Shown: positions 39,144 through 53,569 of the stretch, in pieces | Layout of the letters: each line of letters starts with the position of its first letter | Numbering within the stretch: position 1 is the stretch's first letter | NCBI GenBank assembly: GCA_013239625.1 | Contig: MU054187.1 | Location: forward strand, 4,599,757-4,663,756 | DNA length: 64,000 bases | Origin: Lama guanicoe | Lineage: Eukaryota | Direction of reading: 5' to 3' | Notes under the pieces: generated by a model | What the model saw: the letters and a program-made list of their open reading frames with translations, nothing else | Told to the model about the DNA's origin: nothing | The model's database searches: none | Made by a program: the position numbers and the translations under genes

Positions 39144-39829
39144 CTGTTATTTTGATGATAACAAAACCGAGGGCAGTCATCAGTTAAATCCCTTGAACCA
39201 TTAACTTGCTTAATAAATAATATCGTGTAACCTCCCTTCGCTGACAAGCTTGCTGTAATTATTCTTGCAAACTGCATGCCCTCCAAGCTTCACATAGCTT
39301 AGACAACACATCACGAGACTCCTTTAGCTGCCCTCTATGGGTAACACCTCTGATGTAGGAGTCACTCAGGTAACCATCGCTTAAGTTCTTTTTCAGGAAC
39401 ATGGAGCTAGTCCTGCCCAGTTCAAACTGGCTGAGACCACCAACCATTCAACTGGGCCTGTGCAAGCGTCCAGGGGATAAATGACCTTTGATGTCAGAGG
39501 GCCACAACTCCTGCCTCAGATCACGCCAAGGCTGCCGTATTCTGAGCCCACACCCCATGTTTCTCATGTAACTCAGATGTGTCTGCTGCCTCGTGAATAA
39601 GCCCTTTCTCTGCTGCAAACCTTGGCGTCTCCGCCTTTGGCTTAGTCAGCCTGGCTTGGTAACAGTAACAAAGTCACCCAGGCCATTCTCTGCTTCCGTT
39701 GGGTCCCGAGCTCTCAGCCTCCAACCTGCCTCACTTCCCAGCCTCACCTCCTGCATCCTTCTTCCTCCTTCCTGAGTTCTCCCCCTCCCCCACCCCTTTG
39801 GGGACTGCTGGAATGCCCGTAGGTCTAAG

Positions 39830-40240
39830 GACTGTCACCTGAGGAAACAACCATATGATTAGAGGTTTGAAAGTTTCAGTCCCACCCCCTAACCTCGGGG
39901 GGGGGGAAGAAGGAGGGGCTGGATAATCACTTTAACCACCAATGGCAATGATTTGATCAATCATGTCTATGTGATGGAGTCTCGATAAAAACCCAGAGAG
40001 CTGTAAAGATGCAGGGAGCGTGCTGACCTCCCAGAGGGTCTGGATGCTCCACGCCCCATCCCCATACCTTGCCCTGTGCATCTCTTCATCTGGCAGTGGA
40101 TTCATAGCTCTTAATATTCTCTTTAACAAACTAGAAATCTAGTGAGAAAATTGGTTAGGACACCCAGCTGTGGTCAGAAAATGGGGTGGTTTAAGGGGAA
40201 CAACACCTACCCTTCAAAATTGGAATTGGGTGAAGAATTC
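39830..40240 (+). mobile_element. Probable ERV LTR fragment
   Basis: LTR-like phrases (caatggcaatgatttgatcaatcatgtctatgtgatgg; ccttgccctgtgcatctcttcatctggc); approximate. Confidence 0.6.
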
Positions 40241-41127
40241 TTTTAAATTAGAATTTCCTTCCTTTTTAAGGTTGAGTAACATTTCATGACATGTATATTC
40301 CACATTTTGTTTATCTATTCATTTGTCAACAGACACCTGGGGCACTTCCAACCTTTGTTCTGTCTGGCCATCCATCCCCCTCAGAGGTACATCAAGATTC
40401 TGACTCTAACCCTAAACAGGTGGATGCTGACCAGCTTCTATTCACCAGGTGTGTGCCCTGAGCCCTTGATCAAGTCTGTCTGCTGCTCCCAGAGGACCTC
40501 AAAGGCCCTCGGCACACCTACCACCCTTCCCAGCCTAGAATTCTGACCATGGCTTGGTTATGGCAGAGTATTTCTCACACTCAAGGGCCCTATTCAAATT
40601 TCAGCTTCTCTCTGAAATGCTCCCTTTCCAAGGCTCCACTGATGTTCACAAAGCCGTCCGTCCGTCGCTGCACCAGCCCCAGCCGTCATCCACTGCAAGC
40701 GTGTTAATTGTGTGTATTTCCTCCTCTCTGCCGTGGGCTCAGACTAAATAGGTCTTTAAACCTCCAGGGCTTAGTTCCATAGACACTTGGCCCTCAGTAA
40801 ATATTTTTTGAATGAATGAATAAAAACATGAATTCTCGCAGCTTTCCAAAATAGAAAAAGTGAATTGAAATTAGTGTATTGTATGAGTAATTATCATCCT
40901 CCGTCCCCTGAAATGGCCTCGTATGGGGGTTTCTTGTTTGTTTTTTTTCCTGTATTACAAGAGAAAGCCATCAGTTGACGTGATGTACTGATTCCAAGTA
41001 AGAATTAGATCGCTTCACAAAAGAAAGACTTGAAAGATGTAGAAGAAGAAAGAGCGATGACAGACTGGCAGAGCAGCATTGTTTTCTCACAATACTGTCT
41101 GCTTTCTTCTGTCCTTTGAAGGGGCAC

Positions 41128-41252
41128 CTGGGTACAAGGCTTCAGCTCACAGAGTTGAATCATTAGATCTTTCTGCACAGCTGGTCCACCCTGAGAGTGC
41201 AGGACGTTGCTGACTTCCAACTCCAACGGCTCCAAGTATAAACCGCGTCTCT
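41128..41252 (-). CDS. Candidate exon (125 nt, phase 1 to 0): RRGLYLEPLELEVSNVLHSQGGPAVQKDLMIQLCELKPCTQ
   Basis: Acceptor ctccgtctttccag, weak donor CAG|gtgccc, open frame. Confidence 0.55.
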
Positions 41253-41694
41253 CTGGAAAGACGGAGCTGACATGGTAACACACAGGAGCAGCATGTCAAG
41301 AACGGCTTCTGCCAAGCAGCAAGTGCACTTTCCACTGCATAAAAACCCTGCCGTTTATTTTATGGAGAAGACCTGGCAGCAAAATATAATGAAGATTAAA
41401 TAGACCTTCCAGCCTGTGGTTGCCGTAGATACTCCTTCAGAGTTTCAATCGCTATCTGCAAGTACTGCTCATGTGGCCGCAGTTTGCCATAACCAGCAAG
41501 ACCCCGGCATTAGAAAAGAAGCGTTTAAATTACAAATGAAGTGTGATGACATAGATGCAGGAGCAGACACACACAGTGAGATCCTCGGGGTCTAGTTTTC
41601 TTGTTCCAGTTTCCGACGTGATCAAATGTACCTAGATATTGAAAAATACTTTCTTCAACCATCAACCCTAACCTGCAAAAGGGCTTTTAAGAAT

Positions 41695-42185
41695 ATGAAT
41701 TTGTAACAACATAAATGGACCTTGACGGTATTAGGCCAAGCGAAATAAGTCAGACAGAGAAAGACAAATACTGCATGATCTCACTTACGTATGGAATCTA
41801 AACAAAAACCACACCAACCTTGTAGAAAAAAACGGTCAGTGGCAGGGGTGGGGGGAGAAGGAACTGGAGAGTGGTGATCAAAAGGAGCAAATGTCCAGTT
41901 ACAAGATAAATAAGTACCAGGGATGTACTGTATGACACGATGACTGCAGTTCACACCGCCATGCGGTACACAGGGAAGTTGTTCAGAGACTAGATCCTGA
42001 GAATTCTCATCACAAGGAGAAATTTTACTTTCCTTTTCTTTTTATTGTATCTATACAAGATGACAGGTGTTAGCTAAAGCTTTTGTGGTAGCCATTTCAC
42101 AATATATACAAATCAAGCCGTTATGCTGGACACCTGATGCGTATACAGTGCTATATGTCAATTAGTTCTCAGTAAATCTAGGGGG
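41695..42185 (+). mobile_element. L1 3' end
   Basis: gaaataagtcagacagagaaagacaaatactgcatgatctcactta, typical of L1. Confidence 0.85.
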
Positions 42186-45100
42186 AAAAGAATATGCATT
42201 GAAACCTCTACTACTGTTAGTAGAAGGAACACACCAAGCCAGCCCCTGACCCCTTCTGCAGAGGCCTGGGGTTGTAGGGCGGTATCCTCACTGCCACTCC
42301 TTAGGGCAAGAAAGAGGGGATTAAGGTTCCAACGCCACAAACCTCTCCCAGTACAGCAGTACAGCAGGTCTGGTTCTAGCTGTTTCACATGTGGGTCATG
42401 TGTAAATGAGATTCTATGACTTCAGAAAGTTTGAAAATCCCTACACTAAAAAAAAGATTAGAAATCCCAGGGCAGCAGAATCTCCTGGAATAGACCCAGG
42501 GCTCAGCTTTAGGACACCTGGGATCCAGCTCAGGCCCAGCGCTGACTCGACCTGCAACGCTGGACAAGCTGCAACAGCTCCCTGGGCCTCGGCTTCCGCA
42601 TCTGAAAACCAATGCAATGAATGAGAACCTGCAGTCCACTCAGCTCAAAACTCCAGCAATGCAGATGGATATTTCAAATGATATTAATAACCACTCGTGG
42701 ATATGCAAGCACGATCTCTGTTTCAGATGTTTTAAAAGGAATTTTATTTCTTCATAGATGACATTCCGTACAATACACGCAACATGTGGGAGTCCTCTAT
42801 TTCTAGAGCGCGTTTCTCTTCGCCAGTGCTTAATCACAGTGCTCTCCTTGCAGTTCTGTCCCCACTGTTTTGGGTTGCCTGACTGAAAACTGTGAAGGTC
42901 TGGACCAGACCTAGTACTCAATTTGCTCAGCCTATTAATTATTTAAATTATGTGGCTCAATTAAACTGGAAATGGAGATCCTTAGCATCCTAAAGTGATT
43001 AAGAGAATATGAAATTATAATTATGAAGATATGATTGGATGAGAGATACTCGTTCAGGAGCTCCAGGCTGTTCCATATGTCACAGCAAGTCTTTCTCTAT
43101 GTCGCTAATAAGATCCTGAGTAGACTGCTAAGGAACAATATATTTGACTTCCTTGCATATATCATACAAAAGTCAGATAAGCAAATATTAAAAACGAATA
43201 TGCACATAATTTTCACACATATTATCTCTTTTAATTTTCACAACTTTATGAAATATGTGTGTGTACAATCAGGAATTTAGTCACAAAGGTTAATTACACT
43301 ACCCAAGTTCACATCTAATAGGGGATAGAGATCTGGAATTAAACACGGGCTTTGAGATCCCATTCGTTGTTCTGTCTGCTGCATCGTTTATCTCGGCAGT
43401 CAAATTTTCTGTCTAGTGTAGTGACAGCTCTCAAGAACCTACCGAGAGCCCTGCAAGGACACGTGGGAGAACAGAGTTCTCAGCAGGGGAGGTCTCACCA
43501 CCCAGTAGACAGAGCACAGGGAAGCGCCACGTGGCAAACACAGCGAATACTGAGACGCTCAGTGAGCAGCACACACCCACTGCGAGAACTCAGGGAAGGG
43601 ACATCACGGGCTGCATGAAGGAGAGCTTCGTGCAGGAGGTGAGACCTGACTGGAGCTTTGAAAGGGGAAGGCTGAGTGCCACAATACCATTTCCTGAGTC
43701 CTACTTCTCCCTCCACTCTAAGGGGGCCCTGTGTTGTGAGAGGACAGTCCCCAAGAAAGAGCATGTAAGGAAGCAGAGGAAATAACATTAGCTTCGGCAA
43801 CCCTCAGGCGTCACGGGCACACACGCCCTTCGCCACCCGAGCCCCGTAGCTGAACTCGGGCTTTTTAACTAAACTGCTTTCCTCAAACTCCTAACTGGAT
43901 TTCTATTCCTGGATTTGTTTCCCTTTTGCTAGATTACAAAGGAGAAAGTAATTTGCTACCACATTTGTCTTAATTCCTAAAATCATTTTATTAGTTATCT
44001 AATAGCCAGATTTCAGTTCAAACAAAACCATTCAGATAGGACCCCCATACGGCTGGAAGATACTGACTTGTATCTCAGATTCCCTCTGCTCCGTGTTAGA
44101 GAACTTTTCCTGGAGGCATGAGGGATGAATGTTTAAAAGCTCATTAAATGCTAGTCAAAATAAATCCTTAAAAAATGTATTTCAATCATACAGTAGGTCT
44201 AAATGGTTTTCTAACCAAAAAAAACCATACAAAAAAACCCCTATACTCCTCCATCATATTACTCATCACACATTACAGCAAAGTTTGGAAATTAACACTA
44301 TAAATTCTATGATGGCAAAACACACCTGTCCTATCTCCATATCCCCAAACCTCACCAATGTTGGGCAGAGTAGACGCTGAGCAAATTTATGCCCAAGATT
44401 AGCACTCTGCTGATGTGTACTGAAATCATAATTCCAAGTAAAGGATATATGAATATGTACATATAAATATACATACCACTTTGTATAAAAATGCAAATAT
44501 ATACATAGAGAATGGGCGGGAAAATGAAGTTATTGTTCTGCTGGAAAAAGCCAATGGCAACCTCACTTTTCAAGCCTTTTGCTGTTTGACAAGGCAAGGG
44601 AAGTTTCCCAAGCACCCAGAAAGGAAGGTCTATTTGTTAAAGATAGGATGGTTAGCAGAGGGGGCAAGGAGGAACACAGAGCAAGCAAAAGCCAGTGTTT
44701 CCCAGGACTCAGCTGGCATAAGAACTTTCTCCATCAAGGAAAGAGGAAGAAGATACAGACGACTTCCTCCCTCCCACCATCCTTCATCAAAGAGGAAGGG
44801 GCTTTCTCCCGCCAGCCCCCTTGTTTCGCCAGTTAGGTCAGTGTTCACGTTGATGGGGAGGGAAGGGAGGTCCCTAACATAACGTTGCCAGATTTAGCAA
44901 ATAACAGCACAAGATGCCTGGATACATTAGCATTTTAGATGACGGTTTTTAAATATATGTCCCAACTGTTCTCTGGGAGTCCTGTGTTTCCTCTGACAGT
45001 TCTACCCCAAGAGCTGGGTAATTTCAATCCGTGCTTCCCAAGAAGGAAATTTCAAGTTGACCGTGGCCTGCCTCGCTACACCTGTCACATTCTGCCTCTC

Positions 45101-46522
45101 TCAGGGCTGATGACTGACTACACCGGGAATTTGGGGAGGGGGGTTAATCTTCTCAGGATGTTGTATTTGATAACGTCACGATGACACCTCCCAGCCTTTC
45201 CAAAATGAAAACAGTTCATTCACCAGCTAGCATCCTCTTCCAGGGACTCTGGGTAGCAGCTGCAGTTTCCCAAACATTGACATAAAGAGAAACCCTGTTG
45301 ACACCGTTTCTCAGATGAGATCAAATAAGACTTCCTAGCCCCCAAAAGTCTTCTTTTGACATAAAACCGCAGAAAGAATAAGAGGTGGCCAGTGTTAGGG
45401 AAACGCGAACTTCATTCCTGGCTCTTGCGGTGACTGTGTGGACATTCAGCAAGCCGTTTCAAGGTTTTTGTGGCCCCAGGCATTTCAGCATTTGGGGACT
45501 GACAGGGCCAGGATCTCCTAACTAAAAAGAATATTACAAGACTAAGATGAAAATCCTTAGAAAAAAAACTTGTGGGAAAAATTTAACATTACTTGTTTAG
45601 AAAATGCCTACTTCTCAGAAACACTTAGGATGGCACAGGAAATGTATAAATATAAACTCTCTTTTTAAATACATCGATGTCTCATTCCCCTGGCACTTTT
45701 GGAGAGTGTTCCACATGAAGCCAAGACTTTAGAAAAATATTTCTGAATCCTGCATCTCTGAGCATACAAGAAAAAAAAATTTCTCCCATTTTCTTGATGA
45801 TTCTAGAGCAACATTAAAAACACTGGTTATTGTGCTCTGCTACATAATATAGATACATAGTATATATAATGCTCTGCATTAGAAATGTTTATACTTTTGA
45901 GAGCTCCCAGGGCCTTTGAAACATGGAGAATGGTTTGCCTTGTCCTAAGTGACCCCAGTTGCCGTGATTTCTCATCCCAACCCCAGGACATCCTTTCTCC
46001 TCCGTGCTGTTTCCCACCATCTCCCTTACTTTACACGTAGCCTCACTGGGAAAGGCACATGCGCTGTGACAAGGCACGGGGGCTACCCCCTCGGAGGTGT
46101 TTTCCTTACTTCTGCATTGCTGCCTATATTCCAAGTGGTCGAGATTATCCATTTCTGGAGGATTCTGTTATATACCTTCATGTCATTCACAAGTCTTGTG
46201 TACATATCATACATTTAACCATCAGTGATATTTATTTCAAATGATGAATGGTTACTATACCTCCAGCTACATGAATAACTATCGTGTTATTTTTTAAATC
46301 ACGTATCTATTATCAAAAAGTAATGAAATGTTATGCTTGACAGCTGCTAAACCATCCCAGTCAGCTGAATTATTTCTTTCACTTTTGAGCACGTCTGAAT
46401 AAACATTTTAATGTTTCTGAACATTAGAAGCAGAGATAAGTCATACAATTGATATGTGCATTTAATGTGACAATATTCTTTTGATTCCAGAAAAGCTGCT
46501 ATTAAGAATGATGCATCTTCAG

Positions 46523-46613
46523 CGGGGTGGGGTATAGCTCAGTGGTAGAGCATGTGTTTAGCATGCACGAGGTCCTGGGTTCAGTCCTCAGTACCTCCAT
46601 TTAAGAAAAAAAC
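46523..46613 (+). mobile_element. tRNA-derived SINE (camelid type)
   Basis: gggtatagctcagtggtagagcatgtgtttagcatgcacgaggtcctgggttc plus A tail. Confidence 0.9.
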
Positions 46614-49600
46614 AACTATGCACTTTCAATGAATGAGTTTGTAGATTAAACTTTTAAAAATCTTTTAGAGTTTTTCTACACAAAGTTCAGAGAGGCTAAG
46701 AGGTGATACTGTCAGAAAAGAAGCAATACTACAGATATGACTAACACAGCCTTTAATTGTAACTAATGCAGCCACCATCTCCTCACACACTCCAAAGGCA
46801 GGTAAAACTGTGATATTTAGTCTTCTATTCCACCTTTCCATTTTGCTACATAGCTCTCTCTATATATGTATATAATTATGTATATAATTTGCATATATAT
46901 GTAAATAATTTAAAATATGTTTTAAAATATTGTTTTATATTATAGAATGATATAATAATATTGTGTAATCTGTATGCAGCACTCCATGCTATGTTTTGAG
47001 AACTATCCAATCTATGTAGCTGCAGTTCTGTCGTAATATATGCAGAAACAGTTCATCGCTTTAACTGCAGTATTACCTTATCCCAACTCATCACAGTTCA
47101 TATATTCATTTCGCTACTGATGGATATTTAGTTTGCTTCAAACTTTTACTGCTACCAGCCCACCATCTTCAGTGACCATGCTTGTTCGCATCTCTTGAGT
47201 TCACGTACCAGGTGTGCTGGACCACCGTCCAACGACCCTGAGATCAGCTGGTGCCCGTCCTCCCCCGCCCGCAGTGATGTAATGTTGGGAGCTTGAATAT
47301 GAGCATTTACACTATGGGAAATGGCAAACCTACAAATCAAATTTGCAAACTGGCCCCGCACAACTGGAAAGCCAGTCGTTAACCACTTGCCAGCGCAGGA
47401 GTGGCCGCGTGCAGCCCGGGCAGGGAAACCGCCTCGTATCCTAGTGTGCTTGTTTCCATTTTTCTGGATGCAGCCGAAGTTCCTGTGCCACCATCTACTT
47501 CCACCAGACAGGACACGAAAGCACTCCTTCTAAAATATCTTCACAAAGGTTTGACATTGACAAATAAGTTATTTGTGCCTACGTGATGGATAAAAGCCAG
47601 CCTCCCATTCCTGGCTTTATTTGCATTTTCCCACTAGACACTGAAGTTGAGCATATTTTCATACGCATAATAGACATTTGGGTTTCCTTGCCTTTTAAAT
47701 ACTTTGCCCATTTTTAAACTGCCCAGTCCTTTTCTCGTTGGATTATAGGAGTTCTTTACACATCTGGAAAATTAATCTTTACAATTTGTAAATATCTTTT
47801 GCCAGTGTGTTGCCTGTCTTAGCCTTGTGTATGGTGACATGACCTTGAGAAAGTTACTTACTGTCTGTGTATCATATATTTCTCATCTGCAAACCTTGAA
47901 CAGTAATTGAACTCACCTTACTGGCCGAGTTGAGATACACATACTGGTGCAATTATTGTTATTATTGTTCTCATTCTTGCTGGGCTGTTGTTCTATTAGC
48001 ATCATCACTACATTACTCTGTGGAAGTTTCTGGGTTTCACGTAGAGTTTTCTTTCCATTACGGCTGTTTGTCGAAGAACCCTTTCCCAAATCTAAGACAT
48101 GGGGAGATAGACTGCTCTATTTTCTTCTTGTAGATTTAGAATTTTTTTGTTTAGGTCACTCACACATATGACTCCACTTTTTTTCTTCCCTTTATTCTGA
48201 GTAGCTAGCCAGAATTCCTGGAGCCAGTAGAAGTATGTCTAAAAGGTGCTACGTAATTATGATTTGAAGAAAGTATTATATGCACAGTGGGAAGATGGCA
48301 TTCTGACTGCATTTGCCCCCTGCTGTTTGTGAGAAGAACTCTTTTTACTGGATCTAGACCCATCACCCAGCACAGTGTGGTCTCCTGTGAGACACTCAAG
48401 AGACATGTGTTGAACCAACTCATTTCATTGTGTGTAATCTACTTCAATTTACTCCAGATTTCCGAGACCACTCTCGCTACATAAAAACTTTAAGTTCTTC
48501 CCAGTGGTGAGAGTTTGCTTTTGTTTCTGCTTTCCCCACTAGACTCTACAGATAACCTCTTCACCGAGATTAAGCCACTCGTGTGGTCCTAACAGATGCT
48601 GACCCCATGTAAGCGCCAAAACGTAGCCTTGCCCTGCTCCCACTCCCTCCAGGCCTTCCCTTTCACTCACCGGCCATCTTCTTGACCAAAAAAATGGAAG
48701 CAGTTTTTACATACGTACAAAATGACTCTCTTTAAATGAAGTCCAGTCCTTCTGCCACTTTTGCGCAAGCTTTTCACTGGTGCCAGTAAGAGCTTAGCAA
48801 GAGAAAGCCTGAAGGGTTTGGACCATTGTTGGAGAACGGGGAGGAAGGAGCATTTTACAAAAGTGGGATGGTCATAATGCTTCCCATTAAAACATTTTTA
48901 GTGCTCACTTTTCAAGCTTAACACGGTCGACCCCGTGAGTTGGCAACATCCCAGACCCAAGGACCAATCAGCTCCCTGGCGCTTCATGAGGCTCCTCAAG
49001 CTGTGAAGCGGGCAGCACTCCTCTCTCTCTTTCTCGATCGCCATCAAAAGAATAAATTACAAAACAATAGACAATCTGGCTTCATTTAAAACATATGAAG
49101 CCCTTCACAACATCTTTTTGGTCAAACGGAACAGCCGTTTTAAAGGCATAGCATTAGACATTAAAAATGAGCCAGCTAACTTTTAATGATTTAATCTATG
49201 AAAATATACATTCACACTAAGTGCAAGCTGCCGCTTTCCATGAGGTTATAAAACTGCCTTCCAAGCGTGGTCTTAGAGGAATCTCTTTCTTGGCGACAGT
49301 GCGGTAAGTTCTTTCAGAATGTCAAAAACCTTGCTTAATAATTGAACAGATTTTTTTTTTAGCAAACAGACCTTCATTTTTAAATAACAGTGAATAGAGA
49401 TTTCCCGTAAGCATAACCCTACTCTGAATGCTTATGGGGCTGTATTCTGACCCTGCGCAGTTTTGCTCTGTTGTGAAGTTACGTGTTCAATCATAACCTT
49501 GGTTTGCCATCTTTATGACCTGTGTATTTTTCCGGCTATGGCTGGCTTGAGCCATTTCTGTCGGTCATTGTGGCAAGAGCCAAATCTATCTTGTTTCTGA

Positions 49601-50092
49601 AGTTTCATTTATTCTGCAACCTCAAAAAACAAATGACGAATTTTGCTTTACGCTTGTCACCAAGCTAGTGGTTAGCAATTTCTTAACAACTTAAAGAGAG
49701 GTTGGACCAATGGTTTCAAGTTCAGATTAATATACGGCTATTTAGGCCACAAAGGAAATAACGCCATCGAAGCAGGATACTCTCAGAGTCAGGAGGGAGC
49801 CTGCTTCCAATCAGCAATCCCACACGCCAAAACATTTTCTGAGAACTACGTTTATAGATATATTTTTGAACTTCCTGTGTCTTGCTATGAGGAGAAAAAC
49901 ATCCCGAAAAAGCACAATTCTGCAAAGCAGAAAAATGCAAGAGGGCTGTGAAGCTAACATGTGCTGTTCATGACCCCGAGACTCCCGTTTAGGTGGCAGT
50001 TAGCAATACTGGGTCACACATGATCTAGCAAAATCCGTAGTCACAAAATCTAATATGTCAGCAAAGATACCTAACAAGAAAACAAAATAGGG

Positions 50093-50114
50093 GTGTGTGT
50101 GTGTGTGTGTGTGT
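50093..50114. repeat. (GT)n microsatellite
   Basis: Seen directly. Confidence 0.95.
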
Positions 50115-50971
50115 ACATAAGAAACTACAGCTCACTGGTAAAATTCCACACTAGGGGATTCTACGATCAACACAGGAAACTATATTCAATACCTTGTAAT
50201 AACCTGCAATGAAAAAGAAATATATATATAACTGAATCACTCTGCTGTTCACCAGAAACTAACACAGCATTCATTGTAAATCAACTATACTTCAATTTAA
50301 AAAAAAGTTATTGACTAAGTTTCAATCAGTTAATATTTTCTGAGCACCTGCTTTGTGTGAAGAATTGATCCAGACACCGTAAGACAGACAAGAGAAGGAA
50401 CTTACTAGAGACCCACCTTCAAGAAGCTTATCGCTCAGCTGGGCCTTAAAGACCAACACAGAGGAAGATGACAGCTCTACGGGGCAGAATGTAAATGACC
50501 AAGAAGCGGCAGAGATGACAAACGCTGTGCCTCAGAGGATCACTTTGGACCAAGGAGGTCAGTAAATATTTCCAAGAAGTGGGAGCTATTGCAGTCAGAA
50601 GTTAATTCTACACACTGAAATATTTTCCCTTGGGTAGATTCTTTGATCCTGAAGATGATTCTTTAAAAAATCATCAGGCTAATTTATCCACATGTCTTTG
50701 GTGTCTCCCTCCTTCTTTGGCAAGGGCCAAGTGAAAATCTCATTCAGTAAAACACAGGATTAATATTTCTGAGCAGATCTTGAAATAATCATCATAGCAC
50801 CAATTCTGAGCTATCCAACAACAAGTATAATCATAAAAGTAACAAAATTCGACTGTTTTAAAACCCAGGGCTATTTTTTCAAAAAATTAAACCAACCCAA
50901 GAGTCCATTAAAATGTTTGCCTCCATGAAAAAGATCAGAAAATAAGTGAAAATACTCTCATGAGTAGAATG

Positions 50972-51801
50972 CAGTCGCTGCCCCCATACGTGGACGACAC
51001 ATTCCAAGACCCTCAGTGGCTGCCTGAAACCACAGATAGTACCAAGCTCTCTACGCACTACATCTTTCCTATACATCCATACCTATGATAAAGTTTATTA
51101 ATGAGGCACAGAGATGAACGGCAGCAAATAATGAAGAAAGAGAACAATTTTAACAATATACTATTTTTAAAAGTATGTGAATGTGGTCTCTCCCACCCCT
51201 CTTCTCTCAAAAATATCTATCACACTAATTCAATGCCTTTTCCATCTTAACTAAGCACTTATCACACACTGTGGTCATAACTTCCACAGTTTGAGGTGTG
51301 ACAGCAAATGAGCATGAATTTCTTTTTCCTTTTTCACCATTTCATGGATAAAGGATTCATTCCTATTGTCGGTCTTAGCAACCTCAGCATACAATTTTTT
51401 TCCTTTCCTTATGAAGTCAAGAACCTTCACTGTTTCACTTAAAGGACGCACTTCCTGGCTTCTCCTTGCCATATTCGAATTGCCAGCATCACTACCCTTG
51501 CACTTTGGGGCCACTACTAAGTAAAATCAGGGTCACTTGAACACAAGCCCTTAGATACCACAGCAGTTGATCTGATAACCCAGGAAGCCTCTAAGTGACT
51601 CATGGGCAGGATTCGTGGGACAAAGGGATGACGCACGTCCCCGGTGGCACAAGATTTCATCAGGCTCCCCAGAAAGGCAGGCAATCTAAAACTTACGAAT
51701 TGTGTACACCTGGAATTTTCCAGTTAATATTTCTGGATCATAGTTGACCAGGCGTAACTGAAACTATGGAAAATGGAACTGTGGATAAGGGGGGACAACT
51801 C
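50972..51801 (-). mobile_element. MER44/Tigger7-like DNA transposon with remnant transposase N-terminus
   Basis: Degenerate TIRs (cagtcgctgccccc / ggataaggggggacaact); ORF 51275-51514 MAPKCKGSDAGNSN...LSETVKVLDFIRKGKKLYAEVAK resembles a pogo/Tigger HTH. Confidence 0.82.
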
Positions 51802-53439
51802 TAGTGCTTAAGATACACCCTGGCTTGACCAAGTTAGCGTCCAGCTGAACGACACAGGCAGGTGGTGGCGGGGGGTGCGGGAAATGGGGAAGAGACCCCA
51901 GGGGAGACAGCAGCACTAAAATACTCGAGGAAATAAAGTTCAAATGGAGAGAAAGAGAATCCCAGTATAGGCATTATTGAAGAACCACCAATTTCTTTGA
52001 GAATAGCGCAGGCCTTGAGAGGATAAATGACAAGAATAATTAGCTGCACATAATTTTAAACACAAACAAATAAAGCAAGGCCAACAAGGGAAAAAATTAC
52101 TGGCAATGAACTGTCTGGAGTCCTGGAATTCGGTACAAAGAAGAAATAAATTAGATCCAAATGTCACATGACATACACCATAACAAATTCTACATGGGTT
52201 AAAGCGTAAAACACACACTAAAACTCTGTTTGTCGGAAAAAAAAAACAGAAAAACACATTTGTAAAATGACAAGGATAAATGTTTTAACAAGACAGCAAT
52301 GGAATTCCAAAACTGACAACATAACTAATAAAAGTTTCGTATTCTGAATATGTAAGGAACTGATACAAATAATGCCAGCGTTCACATTTCATTGGAGGCA
52401 GGAAAGAGAGGTAAATCAAATAAATTCAGTTACCACTGTACAGCCGTAAAACCAAGAGCAGTAAGTACAAATAATAAGAGTCAATGTGAAAGATAAAGTC
52501 TGCAGGAAAGGAAAGATATGCACAGCAAACTACTCGACTTAATGTCAAACAGTATTCATGAAGACGTGGTAACGCAGCGTCCACCGCCAACCCCGGGAGA
52601 AGGCGGAGGGCGGGGCGAGAGGTGTAGAAAAGCCATGTGTGTGCTGTAGCTAATTTCTAAAACTTACGACTAAAGAAATAGCAATTTAAACATTTTTCAA
52701 AAATAATATGGACCTAATTATGTGAAGAAACAGGCCAAAAATGGAAAGTCATGACTCTGGAGGCCTGACTTGTGGAGCAGAAATGGCAGACCAGAAGACG
52801 GCTGTTTTCTATAAGCCTTTTAATACTATCATCCATTTTGTTAAAATGTTTGCTTTGAGTATCATTTTTTTCCTAGCACGGTTAATTACTTATTTAATTT
52901 GAGAACAATGTGAGCATAACACAAATTCCCTGTTTCCTCACGGGTGATTTTTGTCTGCAGGAAATACGAGGGGCTCTGCACCCAGCTGAACTGGGCAGGA
53001 AAACACACACACCACCAGCTACACACACACCCCTCAAACATCCACCAGCCACCTCCGTGCACAGGTGTATGAGCCACACCCCTCCACATCCCTAACTGTG
53101 CATACACGTCACTCATGAAGATGAGCAGTAATAAATAAGTGTGAGTGTTTCTTCTTGGTCACACCAACATTGACAATTTTCATGTTTTTTTTTCAATTTT
53201 TGCTCTCAGCTAAAGTATTTTTTAAATGTTATTACTAAATTACTATGTGTCAATGGAAAAAAATAAAATAAAAGAATGTTACAAGACATTAATTAATTAA
53301 TTACTATGTGTCAAGTCAATGTATATATCCTTGATGAAGTATTTGAGTGTCATACCTCAACTCCATTTTTACCCTGTGGTGTTTATTTGTTGTTTTTGTT
53401 TGCTTGGTTTTTTTTACATTAATAGACTTGTTTGTTTGG

Positions 53440-53566
53440 TTTTTTTTTTTGGAGGGGGAGGTAATTAGGTTTATTTATTTATTTCAATGGAGGTACTGGG
53501 GATTGAACCCAGGACCTCGTAGGTGCCTAGCATGCACTCTACCATTGAGCTATACCTCCCCCCCCC
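53440..53566 (-). mobile_element. tRNA-derived SINE (camelid type)
   Basis: ggggattgaacccaggacctc...ctctaccattgagctatacctcccc. Confidence 0.9.
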
Positions 53567-53569
53567 AGA

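Noticed and set aside
51275..51514. Domesticated transposase gene
   Set aside because: Only a short N-terminal remnant inside a deleted element; no catalytic domain
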